Virus record (IMG/VR): IMGVR_UViG_3300025896_000059
Coordinates: 1-40,362 of that record
DNA length: 40,362 bases
Strand: one strand, 5' to 3'
Source: a virus
Lineage: Duplodnaviria > Caudoviricetes
Of the stretch, positions 16,834 through 27,597 are shown piece after piece. A program made the translations under genes and the position numbers. A model generated the notes under the pieces. That model was not told the origin of the DNA and did no database searches. It saw only the letters and a program-made list of their open reading frames with translations. Within the stretch, counting starts at the first letter, position 1; each line of letters begins with the position of its first letter.

Positions 16834-19800
16834 GTTGGTTTAACACTCTTGGCAAGATGGCTAAAGGTGCTGCAGACTTTACGGGAGTTGCAGGTCTTTA
16901 TCATGACTTGTCTACTGCAATGTCCAATGATGACCCTTGGTATGTTGACAGTTTAAATGTAGCCAAAGACATTGCTAAAATTGGTACTACACCAATTCGT
17001 GGTGTTGTTAAAGGCGTACTTGCCGTAGGTGAAAAGTCTTATGAATTAGGTGGCGTTGCACGCCAGGCTGTTGCAAAGGGAATCCTTGATACACCTTTGA
17101 TGTATGGTCGTTTTAAAAATCAAGGCGAATCTTATGATGCTTACAAGATGCGTGTTGATGCAAACAAAGAAGAAATTTCTTTAGGTCAAGCAACGCTTTC
17201 ATTACTATCACCTGGTAAAAACTCAGGCGAACGCAGTGGTTTCTTTCAAGACTGGACAGAGAATAACCTACGCTTCATGTCTGCAGGTTTTGACATCTTT
17301 AATCCTGAGGACCGTAAGGCTGCGTTTCAGGACCAGTACACAGGCAAGATTCTTTCTGGCTTAGAAGATGTTGTTGCATCTACGGTTATTGACCCACTGA
17401 CATTTACTGGATTCCTTGGTAAAGGTGCAGTAATTGCATCAAAGGCAACAATGCTTGACCAAGTTAACGGTCGCATTGCTCGTGCTGTATTTGGTAAAGT
17501 AGCAATGACACCTGAAAAGGTTGATGAACTTGTTGCTGCTGGTCTTAAGGGTGAAGGTCCTGCTGCTAAAGATTTACAGTACTTAGCAGAGACAGATGCT
17601 GCTGAACAGGCTGGCTATTGGGCAAAGAAAAAAGTTACTAACCCTGATGCCATGGCATTTCTCTTTGGTCGTGCTAAGACTGTTGAAGAAGTTGGCGAAG
17701 TATTCAGCGCTGTTACTGGTAAGAATACAAAAGTTATGGCAGCACTTGCTGAGCGTGACCCGCAGAGTGGACTTGTACTTGAAAAGTTCCTCGATGGTCC
17801 ATCGCACGCAGAGCGCCAATTGCTTAATGGTAAACTAGAAGGCGACATCCTTGTATCGCAAGAGCACAACGCTGCTATTGCTGATTATGTAACAGATTTG
17901 ATTGCAACAGATACTCGCTATGCAATGGCAATGGATAAAGTTGCAACAGGTGGTACTCAACTTAAGTATGGCTTTGAGCGTGGACCAATGGCTGGCAAGT
18001 CTATTAAGGCTGGACAAAAGCAAGCAGCCCGTACATTCGGTGAACCTTTTATTGAAACTTTTCAAAAGACAAGCCTTCACCCAGTTATCAAGGTTGTTAA
18101 TTATCTCCGTGATGATTTGCCAAGTGGTGTATTTAATGTCAACGATGGCAACTCATACCAAGAGTTCAACACATTCTTGCGTGAAGTCAACGACTTGTCT
18201 GGTCGTACCTTTGGTGTTAAGGCTCGTGAGTTAGCAGATAACTATTTAACTTCTGCTACAGAAGCAGAGCGTATGACTGTTATTGCCAATGCAGAAAAAA
18301 TTGCAATGGGTCATCTGTTCCCAAAGTATTCTGAAAAAGAAATTGATACGCTGTATCAGTTATTTGATTCTCGCCGTGCTGGTGCAATTGCAAAACACAA
18401 AGACCAAGGTTTTATCTCTTACTTTGTAGGCGATACTATTCAGCACGCTGTTGCTCCGATTCTAAATCGTGAAGCAGCCAACACAGTTATTATTGCTGAC
18501 ATGCGTAAACTTAAGTACGCAATTGATGCACATGAGGGTTCTCTTAAAACATTACTTTCAGGCATTGACACACAAGATTTAGCGTTGCGTGGACAAAAGG
18601 GACTTGCTGCCCTTGACACAGTAAACGACATCTTTAAGACATCTGTATTGATGCGCCTTGGATACACAGTTCGTAACTTGACTGAGGCTCAACTATCTAT
18701 GGCTGCTAAAGGATTTGCCCTACCAGGTATGTTCCTAGCCAATGGTAAAGAGGGAGCAGTACGCTTCTTTAATAACCGTAAGACAGGCTTTTCACGCTTA
18801 GGTGACCATGTAAATGTAATGCTTGGTCGCGCTGATGATTCTAAAGTTTTGAACGATGAAGTTGGTCGTTACATTGATGCGCTACGCAACGATGACATGA
18901 CTGTTAATCAGATGGTCAAGCACATTAACCAACGCCTCGGTGAGTTGCTTGACAGTAAGACTGGATTTATTGAGCGCCAAGGTCCAATGCCACTTGAAGG
19001 TGGACGACCACTGCGTGCAAAAGATGAAGTTAAACTTCTCATGGGCGCACTTGCAGATTTAGAATCAAAGGTTACATACCATGGTTCTCCAACTAAATTT
19101 CAGATTGATGAGTCACGCCCTGTAGCAACTTCTGGCGTTAAGTCAATTGCTGACCGCTATGCCAAGGGTGGAACATTCCACTCCATTGAACAGTACATCC
19201 CAACTAAGACTGGCAAGCCTGGTCGTCTTGGTGAAAGACCAGAAACAACACCTGGTGCTGAATTTGGTTCACCTACTGTTGCTGAAAAAATGCCAGTTAC
19301 TGAAATGAACGCACTTGAAGAATATGTACAAGGTGCTCCATCTGTTCGTCAGTCACTTCAAGAAGTATTGCGTGGCAATGCATCTTTACAAGCGCAACAA
19401 AGCGCAAGTAAATTTCCAGTTAATGACCTTAAACGAGCAATTCAACGCAGTGTTATTAAAGAAAACATAGTTGTATTTCGTGGAACATCTAATCAAGATA
19501 TTCTTAACGCTAAAGTTGGCGACATCATTACGGAAAAAGGTTTTACATCTACATCTAAAGCATATCGTGGTGCTGAAAAATTTGCTGGAAAACTTGCAGA
19601 TAGTCAAGGTGTACCAAAAGATACTGTTGTAAGAATTGAGTTACCTAAGGGTACAAAAGGTTTAGATGTCAACGCTACTTATGGTGACTTTGCAAATGTT
19701 TCAGTTCCTGGATATGAAAAATCTGGATTAAAATTTGATAACTCTTTTGTTGCAGAACAAGAAGTTTTGCTTCCACCTGGAACAAGATTTGAAGTTGTCT

Positions 19801-22800
19801 TTAAAGCCGAAGGTGAACCAGCAACTAAAGATTTTCCTGCAATTGCACCAACATTTAAATTAAAAGCAATTGTAGAAGAACCTAAGTATCCTTCTGCTAA
19901 GCGCGAAGATATAACCAACGAAGCCATGCTTAAACTCCAATCAGATATGATTGATGCTGTTAACGCAGGCAAAAAAGTTGAAATTAAAAAAGGTGCCACA
20001 TGGCAGCGTGTCAAGGCTATTGACTACGACACACTTGTACTTGCTACTGAATCAGATGATTTAGAAACAGTCTTGTTTAAAGACTGGACCAAGCGCCCTG
20101 TATTCCGCGTAGGTTACAACGAAGGTAAGACGGCACAGATTCGTTCTTATGGTAAGACATTAACTCTTACAAAGAAAGAACAAGCAGAATTTGCTGCAGC
20201 CAAAGGTGATATGACTCCAACAGAAATTGTTGGCTCATGGCGCAACTTGCCAGAAGAACTTAAGACAGAAGTATTTGGCAACAAAACTTCTAACTTTAGT
20301 TTATGGCTTAAGACAAAAGGCTGGCAGGCAAAGGATGATGCTGTTACCCGTTGGGCTAAAGACAATGGTTACGGGAGCCTTCTTGTTTCTGATGATAAGC
20401 GTGCTGCTGGCTTAAGTCATATTATTCTTCCTGATTCAATTGGTGATAAAGGTCGTGCTCGTCAAGTAAAGCAGTACATCAAGTCACTTGAAGAAGGCAA
20501 TATGCCTCAGGCTATGGCAGATGTTGCAGTTGATTTTGAGGCTGCCAATATGACTCCTAAGGAGCGCCGTCTAGCAAGCCGTGCATCACGCAAGCGTGCA
20601 CGCTCAGGCATGAGAGATAACGCTGTATCACCTTACTATCTACAAGATGGTTTGCAATCAATGATTAACAACGGCATTGAAGATGCTGCTGCAAACATTG
20701 CTCGTAGCAAGGCTGAATCTCTTTCAGCACTTGATGATGCCGTTACTCGCCTTGGTGCTCGTATTGATGTAGCAGAATCAAACGCTGTTAAGCAGCGCAT
20801 TGGTTATGGCTACCACGAAGTTACTGCTGGTGGACATTCATATCAATTGCCTAAGGCATACCAAGATGCAACTTGGTTCATGGGTCGCACATCTGCTGAA
20901 CAAACTTGGAACAACCAAGTATCTAATCAAGAGATGGCTTTCCTTACAGGCATTGGTTCACGCAGCGTTCGCTTAGTTGAGCCAACAGACCCACGCTACT
21001 TTGAGGGCTGGGCAAACATTCTTAACATGCACTTCCGTGACCCTGAGACAGGTGTTATGGATGCTGTTGTCCGTCAGATTCTTGATAAAAAATCTGATGA
21101 CGATATTCTTAAATGGTTCCACACTCGTGAGGGACAGGCTTACGCTAACGAGACATACACTCAGGCTGGTAAGTACTTTGGTTTCCACAAAGTATCTAGC
21201 GGTGAGATGGATGAGAAGTTACTTGAAAAATTAAACACTACTCGTGGCGCAGTCAGGGCTTATATTCCAGATGCAGAAACAGAGTTAATTCTTAGCAGCG
21301 CTAACCCAGATGGTCGCCCTCTATCAGGTGGAGAAGTACAGAAGTTTCTAACAGAACGCTTCTCATCTACACCTGAAAAGTTACAACCATTAAACGGTTT
21401 ACTTGTTGTTAGTTCTAAGGAATACAAAGACCAAGAACGCATCATTGACACTGTTAACCGCCGTGTTATGCGCTTTCTTGGTTCACTTCCAGAAGATGTA
21501 TTTGCTCGTCATCCACTGGCAGTAGCCATGTATGACAAGCAATTGATGCAAAATCTTGAGGCTATCCAGCGTGTTAAGGGTTCAGATAAACTTACTGCTA
21601 ATGAACTTAACCGTGCTGTAACTCATGCTCGTGAAACATCACGCCAAGAAGTTGAGCGCACATTGTTCACAATTGTTCGCCGTACTGGTGCTTCATCTAG
21701 CCGTGTAGTTAAATTGCTGTTTCCATTCTATGCAGCATACGAAAACACACTTCGCCGTTGGGGTGGCATGGTTGCCGAGGACCCAATGATTGTTGCTACC
21801 GCTGGTCGTACAATTGCACAGGTTGTCAATGGTCAAACTATTGTTGACAAAGATGGCAACCGCATTACAGATGCAAGCAAGTTACAGGGTGGACAACAGG
21901 CTAACCTTGTAGTGCGTGTGCCACAAGGATTTATTGATTCATTGCCTAAGGCATGGCGTGGAGTTGTACAGGATTCATTTAAGAATCTCAACATTCCACT
22001 GACAAGCCTTGATGTTATTACTCAAGGTCAGCCAGGTAACCCAGGCTTTGGACCATTTGCTGTACTTCCTGCATACCTAGTACTTAAGGAACGCCCAGAG
22101 TTAGAAGATGCCCTCAAAGTATTCTTCCCAGCGGGTATGCCACAGAAGGCATCAGACTTGTTCTTGCCATCTGCGCTACGCCGATTGAGCACAGTATGGA
22201 GCAAGGATGATTTGTATGTTCGTTCATACAATCAGATGCTTCGTTATGAAACTTATGCATATAACCAAGGCAAGCGTTCAACTCCGCCAACGGTACAAGA
22301 AGTTACAGATAGAACTAACAAGTTCTTCTTCCTTCGCGCTTTGACTTCTATCTCAGCACCATTTGCTATTGCTCCTGAGATTGATTTCTATGCTCAAACT
22401 TACCGCCAGTTCCAACAGCAGTATGCTGACTACCGCGACCCAGAGACTGGTGAGCGTGTAATGGGAATGGCTGAGGCTAAGTTCCTTGAGATGTATCCAG
22501 ATTTCTTTGAAGCAACTATCAGTCAATCAAAGAACGAGGGTGGACTAGAGCCAAGCCTTGGCACAGTGCGTAACCTTCGTAAGTTCTCAAACCTTATGGC
22601 TAAGGCTCAGAGTTCAGGTGACCCAGAACTACTTGGGTTTCTTGCTAACGATGGCGATGACCAGTACACCTTCTCACAGGCTGCATATCAATGGCAGTAC
22701 AAGCATGGTGCTACACCTGGCAGTGGAAGTACATACCGTCAGAATCGCACAGCCAATGAACTTCTTATTGAGTCCAATGTCAAGCGTGGATGGGCAGAGT

Positions 22801-23264
22801 TCCAAGATTTAATGGGACAAATCAGTGCATACCAAAAGCAAAATGGTATTACTGACTCTAAGGACCCAAACATGGCGCTTCTTAAGGATGCAAAGGCAGC
22901 ATGGCTTGACCAGATGAAGGTGGATAACCTTGATTGGTACTCAGCCTATGTCTCACCTGACAAAGCAAAGTACGAACGCCGTGCACAAATTCTTGAGACA
23001 GCCTTTAAAGATAAGAAGTGGATGGCTCAAAATGGTAACCGTGCTGTAGTAAAGCAAGCACTTGTTTACTTAGATGGTCGCAAGCAGATTGCTGCAATCC
23101 TTCAAGAGCGTGATGCAGCAGGTGGTTCAGGTACACTTAGCGCTAAAAGCAATGCAGATGTTGCTGAGGTATATCAGATGTTTGTTGATGAACTAACAAA
23201 TGGTAGCCCAGAGTTTGAACAATTTATTAACCGTTACTTCGCAAATGATTCGGTGGTCCTATAA
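16830..23264 (+). CDS. giant internal virion / ejection protein with ADP-ribosyltransferase domain
   Basis: 2144 aa between portal and capsid; VFRG...FTSTS...EQEVLLP motifs at ~19290-19880. Confidence 0.8.
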   Translation: MSWFNTLGKMAKGAADFTGVAGLYHDLSTAMSNDDPWYVDSLNVAKDIAKIGTTPIRGVVKGVLAVGEKSYELGGVARQAVAKGILDTPLMYGRFKNQGESYDAYKMRVDANKEEISLGQATLSLLSPGKNSGERSGFFQDWTENNLRFMSAGFDIFNPEDRKAAFQDQYTGKILSGLEDVVASTVIDPLTFTGFLGKGAVIASKATMLDQVNGRIARAVFGKVAMTPEKVDELVAAGLKGEGPAAKDLQYLAETDAAEQAGYWAKKKVTNPDAMAFLFGRAKTVEEVGEVFSAVTGKNTKVMAALAERDPQSGLVLEKFLDGPSHAERQLLNGKLEGDILVSQEHNAAIADYVTDLIATDTRYAMAMDKVATGGTQLKYGFERGPMAGKSIKAGQKQAARTFGEPFIETFQKTSLHPVIKVVNYLRDDLPSGVFNVNDGNSYQEFNTFLREVNDLSGRTFGVKARELADNYLTSATEAERMTVIANAEKIAMGHLFPKYSEKEIDTLYQLFDSRRAGAIAKHKDQGFISYFVGDTIQHAVAPILNREAANTVIIADMRKLKYAIDAHEGSLKTLLSGIDTQDLALRGQKGLAALDTVNDIFKTSVLMRLGYTVRNLTEAQLSMAAKGFALPGMFLANGKEGAVRFFNNRKTGFSRLGDHVNVMLGRADDSKVLNDEVGRYIDALRNDDMTVNQMVKHINQRLGELLDSKTGFIERQGPMPLEGGRPLRAKDEVKLLMGALADLESKVTYHGSPTKFQIDESRPVATSGVKSIADRYAKGGTFHSIEQYIPTKTGKPGRLGERPETTPGAEFGSPTVAEKMPVTEMNALEEYVQGAPSVRQSLQEVLRGNASLQAQQSASKFPVNDLKRAIQRSVIKENIVVFRGTSNQDILNAKVGDIITEKGFTSTSKAYRGAEKFAGKLADSQGVPKDTVVRIELPKGTKGLDVNATYGDFANVSVPGYEKSGLKFDNSFVAEQEVLLPPGTRFEVVFKAEGEPATKDFPAIAPTFKLKAIVEEPKYPSAKREDITNEAMLKLQSDMIDAVNAGKKVEIKKGATWQRVKAIDYDTLVLATESDDLETVLFKDWTKRPVFRVGYNEGKTAQIRSYGKTLTLTKKEQAEFAAAKGDMTPTEIVGSWRNLPEELKTEVFGNKTSNFSLWLKTKGWQAKDDAVTRWAKDNGYGSLLVSDDKRAAGLSHIILPDSIGDKGRARQVKQYIKSLEEGNMPQAMADVAVDFEAANMTPKERRLASRASRKRARSGMRDNAVSPYYLQDGLQSMINNGIEDAAANIARSKAESLSALDDAVTRLGARIDVAESNAVKQRIGYGYHEVTAGGHSYQLPKAYQDATWFMGRTSAEQTWNNQVSNQEMAFLTGIGSRSVRLVEPTDPRYFEGWANILNMHFRDPETGVMDAVVRQILDKKSDDDILKWFHTREGQAYANETYTQAGKYFGFHKVSSGEMDEKLLEKLNTTRGAVRAYIPDAETELILSSANPDGRPLSGGEVQKFLTERFSSTPEKLQPLNGLLVVSSKEYKDQERIIDTVNRRVMRFLGSLPEDVFARHPLAVAMYDKQLMQNLEAIQRVKGSDKLTANELNRAVTHARETSRQEVERTLFTIVRRTGASSSRVVKLLFPFYAAYENTLRRWGGMVAEDPMIVATAGRTIAQVVNGQTIVDKDGNRITDASKLQGGQQANLVVRVPQGFIDSLPKAWRGVVQDSFKNLNIPLTSLDVITQGQPGNPGFGPFAVLPAYLVLKERPELEDALKVFFPAGMPQKASDLFLPSALRRLSTVWSKDDLYVRSYNQMLRYETYAYNQGKRSTPPTVQEVTDRTNKFFFLRALTSISAPFAIAPEIDFYAQTYRQFQQQYADYRDPETGERVMGMAEAKFLEMYPDFFEATISQSKNEGGLEPSLGTVRNLRKFSNLMAKAQSSGDPELLGFLANDGDDQYTFSQAAYQWQYKHGATPGSGSTYRQNRTANELLIESNVKRGWAEFQDLMGQISAYQKQNGITDSKDPNMALLKDAKAAWLDQMKVDNLDWYSAYVSPDKAKYERRAQILETAFKDKKWMAQNGNRAVVKQALVYLDGRKQIAAILQERDAAGGSGTLSAKSNADVAEVYQMFVDELTNGSPEFEQFINRYFANDSVVL

Positions 23265-23605
23265 TGGCAAAGAGCAGTGTAAACCTAGCACAGATACTTT
23301 CCACGCTTAAAGCAAATGGCGGTGGCACATCTAGTACTGGTCCTGTCTTTACAAAGCAGGAAGCAGATTACGCAGTTCAATCTGTTTACCAGCAAATGCT
23401 TGGTCGCAATGCCACAGGTAACGATTACTCAAAAGCAATTAACCTCGTCATGTCTCAATCACAGGATACAAGCACTGCTGCTCGCCAACAGGCTCTTAGC
23501 AACGCACTCATGCAATCACCTGAGTACAAGATAAAGCAAGATAATAAGTATCTTGATGTTATCTATCAGTCAGTTGCTGCTGATGTTAGAAACGCGCAGG
23601 CATAA
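23264..23605 (+). CDS. hypothetical virion protein
   Basis: Coupled to the upstream gene; YQQMLGR.A motif. Confidence 0.7.
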   Translation: MAKSSVNLAQILSTLKANGGGTSSTGPVFTKQEADYAVQSVYQQMLGRNATGNDYSKAINLVMSQSQDTSTAARQQALSNALMQSPEYKIKQDNKYLDVIYQSVAADVRNAQA

Positions 23606-23607
23606 CT

Positions 23608-25053
23608 ATGGCACTTACACTAGCGCAACTTAAAGAAAAAATTGGTCCTGTCAAGATTGGCGTTGCCCAATGGGGCATGATGATGGACAAAGAAAAAGTT
23701 GGCACAGATGCATACAACAAAGCCAAGACTCAATATCAAGCCTCTTTAAAACTTCTTAAAGACTATCAGGCACAGATTACTGCGCTTGAAACTGCTGCTA
23801 AGACTAAAGAAACTGCTGCTAAAAATAAAGAAAAAGAAAAAGCAGCAGCAGAAAAAGCACAGCGCGAAGCAGATAGAACTGGTCAACCTACACCTAAGTA
23901 CGGTCCTAAAGGTGAAAGCCTAGTTCCAGGAACGGATGCGTATGACAAAGGAACCTTTACTCGTCCTACTGTACCTGTTAAAACTGCTGCTGAAATTAAA
24001 GCAGAACAAGATGCTGCTACTGCAAAGAAAAAAGCAGATGAAGCAAAGGCAGCAGCAGACAAAGCCAAGAAAGAATCAGATGCAAAGGCTGCAAGCGACA
24101 AGGCTGCAGCAACGAAGGCTGCTGCCGATGCAGCAGTTACTGCTAAAGACCTTGCACTTAAGACAATGTATGTTGACTTCCTTCGTTCAACTTTTGCTGG
24201 ACTTGATGATAAAAAACAAAAGGCTGAGATTGATGGGTTATTTGATAGAGCGTCTAAAGAAGGTTGGACTTCTGAACAATTTCAGGGACAACTTGAAGGC
24301 ACATCTTGGTGGCAAACAACACTACCTAGCCTACGCTCATGGTATTTAAATACACATGACCCACGCAAACAATCAACAACTGTTGAATTAATCCGTAATA
24401 AGGTTGCTTCTGTATCTAGTTACCTAGAACAACTAGGTATTACTGTACAAGGTATTGACCCTGTAACTGGTAAGGCTTACGACAAGACTGGTTATGTCAG
24501 TGGTATCGCACAAGAAGCCGTCAAAAACGGCTGGGATGATAACCAACTAAGAGACTATCTTGCAGGTCAAGCACCTATTGTGTTCACAGGTGGCGGTGAG
24601 ATTGGTAGTTCACTATCAAAGATTCGTGATACTGCCTACGCCTATGGTGTCAAACTTGACCCTACTTATGAGAAGATGATTAACAACTCACTGCTTGATT
24701 CAAGCGATGGGCGTGATGCACAGTATTACATTGCAGAGATGCGCCGTCAGTCACTTGAGAATCCTAACAACAAAGCATTTGTTGAGGCACTTAACTCAGG
24801 TCGCACACTGTATGAGGCTACTCGCTCATACCGTGGACAGATGGCTAACCTACTTGAAGTAGATGAAAGCAATGTTACTTGGGATGACTTAATGGCTAAG
24901 ACAGTTGACAACACTACTGGTGCTGCTCGTACTTTTGCAGACTTTACTAAGCAAGTTAAGTCTGACCCACTATGGCAGCAGACACGCAACGCTAAGGAAA
25001 CATACAGTTCAACTGCACTTGACTTAGCCAAGATGTTCGGATTGGTAGGCTAA
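23608..25053 (+). CDS. putative internal virion protein
   Basis: A/K-rich coiled N-half, helical C-half; position. Confidence 0.65.
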   Translation: MALTLAQLKEKIGPVKIGVAQWGMMMDKEKVGTDAYNKAKTQYQASLKLLKDYQAQITALETAAKTKETAAKNKEKEKAAAEKAQREADRTGQPTPKYGPKGESLVPGTDAYDKGTFTRPTVPVKTAAEIKAEQDAATAKKKADEAKAAADKAKKESDAKAASDKAAATKAAADAAVTAKDLALKTMYVDFLRSTFAGLDDKKQKAEIDGLFDRASKEGWTSEQFQGQLEGTSWWQTTLPSLRSWYLNTHDPRKQSTTVELIRNKVASVSSYLEQLGITVQGIDPVTGKAYDKTGYVSGIAQEAVKNGWDDNQLRDYLAGQAPIVFTGGGEIGSSLSKIRDTAYAYGVKLDPTYEKMINNSLLDSSDGRDAQYYIAEMRRQSLENPNNKAFVEALNSGRTLYEATRSYRGQMANLLEVDESNVTWDDLMAKTVDNTTGAARTFADFTKQVKSDPLWQQTRNAKETYSSTALDLAKMFGLVG

Positions 25054-26981
25054 TGAGAATTAATCCAGATGTAATGTTACTTGATGGTGGCAATGAAGTA
25101 TCATCACTTGGTGCTTTAAATGTTTTGGCTGGTGTTACTGAACCTACTGCAGCAAAGGCTTCTACATTAGTAGAAAAAAATACTGTTGTTATTCCTGTTG
25201 TAGATGAACTTACTAAAAAAACAGGGGCTGCAGCATCTGTTGCAGCAGCAAATGCTGCTGGTATTTCTACATCAGTTCCTAAGACTAGCGGTACTATTAA
25301 CACAACAACTATTGCTGGTATTAACGCTGCATCAGGAATTAAACCAACAGTTCCTCAGGCTGCATTGCCTGATGGTGGAGTCAATACAAATACCATTGAA
25401 GGTATTAACGCAGCAAGCGGAACTGTAACTCCTGTAACTACTGTAACCCCTGATGTTACTGTAACTCCTATCACAACTGCTACTGTTGATACAAAGCCAG
25501 ACCCAAGTAAGACTGCTTATGCTGATTTAACTAAAGAGCAGCGTGCTGCAATGAGTCAACAAGAAAAAGTAGATTATTTAAAGGCTGCTCGTGATGCACA
25601 AAATGCAGCAGAGGCAGAGGCTCGCGCTAAAACTAACCCACTGTATAACTTTGCTGTTCGCCCAGAAGCACCAACTAAAGTAGGAATGATTCAGTATTAC
25701 AGTTGGATTGGTGACACAACTTCTGGTTCATGGAAACTTTATTCAGCCGTTGACACTCCAGAAAACCAAGCAAAGTATGGTGCTCGTGCAACTGGTGGAC
25801 CAACACAGGCAACACCTGATTCACCCGTAGGTGCTAACAGTCTTGCCCAGCCTCCAGTATGGGATGCTACATCAAGTACTTGGAAACCTGCAGGGTTTGT
25901 ACCTGCTACAACCAGCACTACAACTAAGCCTGTAACTACCAATACTACGGTAACTACAACTAAGCCTGTAACTAGCACTACTACTTTAACAACCAATCCA
26001 GTAACAGGTTCTAATTACAGTGGCAGTGGTTCAACTACTGACCCATTTACTGTAGATAGCAAACCGTACACAGGTACTATGTTTGGCTCAACCTATAACA
26101 ATGGTGTACTTGTTGATACTGCTGCTAAGACTGCAGATGATATTGCTAAGCAAGGCAGACTTGATGCCCGTACAGAATTTAGTAATACTCTCAAGGCTTT
26201 AGGTTTACCTCAGAATCTTGTTGATGAACTAGACAACATGATTAAGCAGGACTACACAAAGTCTCAAATGTACTTAGAATTGCAAAAAACTCCAGCCTGG
26301 AAAGAAAGATTTCCTGGTATGGAAAGTCTTGCTAAGGCTGGTAAAGCGGTAGATGCGGGTCAGTACATCAGTATGGAAAAAGGTTTCTTACAGACCCTTG
26401 ATTACTATGGCATTGACAAAAAGATATTTGGAACCACTGCCGAACTTGGTAAGCAGATTGGTAACTTAGTATCGCCTAAAGCGTTTGAAGATAGAGTTGC
26501 TTTGGCTGCACAAGATGTTGAGGCTAATCCAGATATACTTGCAGAACTTAACCTGTACTACGGTGTAGATAAATCTGCAGCAATTACATACTTGCTTAAT
26601 CCAGAAATTGGCATTGACATTATTAAACGCCAAGCCCGTGCTGCAGAAATTGGTGCTAAGGCTGCCAAGTCTAAGTTTGATTTTGGTACAAGCAAAGAAG
26701 GATACGGCGTTGCCGAATCATTCATCAACGCTGCAGGAACTATGGACTTGCAATCACTTGATGTGGCTTTCCAACAGTCTCGTCAACTTGCAGGTAACCA
26801 AGGCAAACTGGCAGCCATTGAAGGTGCTAGTTACAACGACCTTCAAGCGGTATCAGCAATCCTTGGCAAAGACCAAGCAGCAATTCTTGATAGCCAACGC
26901 CGTGCAGCCCGTGAAGCAGCACGCTTTGGTGGTGGCTCAGGGTTAGGCTCTGGCTCACTCAAGCGAGAAACAGCAATATAA
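25053..26981 (+). CDS. putative internal virion protein
   Basis: Thr-rich N-half, helical C-half ending in FGGGSG. Confidence 0.65.
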   Translation: MRINPDVMLLDGGNEVSSLGALNVLAGVTEPTAAKASTLVEKNTVVIPVVDELTKKTGAAASVAAANAAGISTSVPKTSGTINTTTIAGINAASGIKPTVPQAALPDGGVNTNTIEGINAASGTVTPVTTVTPDVTVTPITTATVDTKPDPSKTAYADLTKEQRAAMSQQEKVDYLKAARDAQNAAEAEARAKTNPLYNFAVRPEAPTKVGMIQYYSWIGDTTSGSWKLYSAVDTPENQAKYGARATGGPTQATPDSPVGANSLAQPPVWDATSSTWKPAGFVPATTSTTTKPVTTNTTVTTTKPVTSTTTLTTNPVTGSNYSGSGSTTDPFTVDSKPYTGTMFGSTYNNGVLVDTAAKTADDIAKQGRLDARTEFSNTLKALGLPQNLVDELDNMIKQDYTKSQMYLELQKTPAWKERFPGMESLAKAGKAVDAGQYISMEKGFLQTLDYYGIDKKIFGTTAELGKQIGNLVSPKAFEDRVALAAQDVEANPDILAELNLYYGVDKSAAITYLLNPEIGIDIIKRQARAAEIGAKAAKSKFDFGTSKEGYGVAESFINAAGTMDLQSLDVAFQQSRQLAGNQGKLAAIEGASYNDLQAVSAILGKDQAAILDSQRRAAREAARFGGGSGLGSGSLKRETAI

Positions 26982-27102
26982 AGAATCCCCACCCTGACCG
27001 ACCAGCCCAGGGGGGCGTATAAGACTGGGAGCAATAGCCGACTTGGTTTCCCCGAACCTTGTTTGTGGATTGCGAATACAACTAACAAAGGGAGATAGGT
27101 AG

Positions 27103-27570
27103 ATGGCTACCAATTACGAATACGATGACGAAGATGATGACTTTGGCAATGAGCCACAGGATGTTGTCAAGCAACTACGCAGGGTAAATCGCACGCTTGA
27201 AAAGCGTTTGAAAGAACTTGAAGTAGAAGCAACCACATTAAAAACACAGACTCGTCAGCGTACTGTCAAGGATGTTCTATCAGCAAAGGGAATTAACCCA
27301 AAAGTCGCAGCATTTATCCCACAGGATATTGATACTACAGAAGAAGCCGTGTCAGCATGGCTTACTGAGTATGGCGATGTGTTCGGAGTACAGCAGTCAC
27401 CTGAGGCAACTCAGGCTAAAGAGACTGCCTCTGATGCACAGCGTAGAATCCAAAATGTAATGCAAACAGGTACACCACCAGGTGTAGATGAAGATGCACT
27501 TGCAAAGATTTTAAATGCTACATCGGCTGCTGATTTAAGTTCAATCCTTGGCGTTCAAACATATAACTAA
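27103..27570 (+). CDS. capsid scaffolding protein
   Basis: Acidic N-terminus, coiled coil, directly upstream of the capsid gene. Confidence 0.8.
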   Translation: MATNYEYDDEDDDFGNEPQDVVKQLRRVNRTLEKRLKELEVEATTLKTQTRQRTVKDVLSAKGINPKVAAFIPQDIDTTEEAVSAWLTEYGDVFGVQQSPEATQAKETASDAQRRIQNVMQTGTPPGVDEDALAKILNATSAADLSSILGVQTYN

Positions 27571-27597
27571 AAACTACCAATCACCAGGAGGTGAACT

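Noticed and set aside
16830-23264. Tape measure protein or virion RNA polymerase
   Set aside because: Lies before the capsid gene with no tail tube or chaperone context, and I saw no polymerase catalytic motifs.
26990-27030. Hammerhead ribozyme (CUGA seen)
   Set aside because: Lacks the CUGAnGA and GAAA core arrangement.
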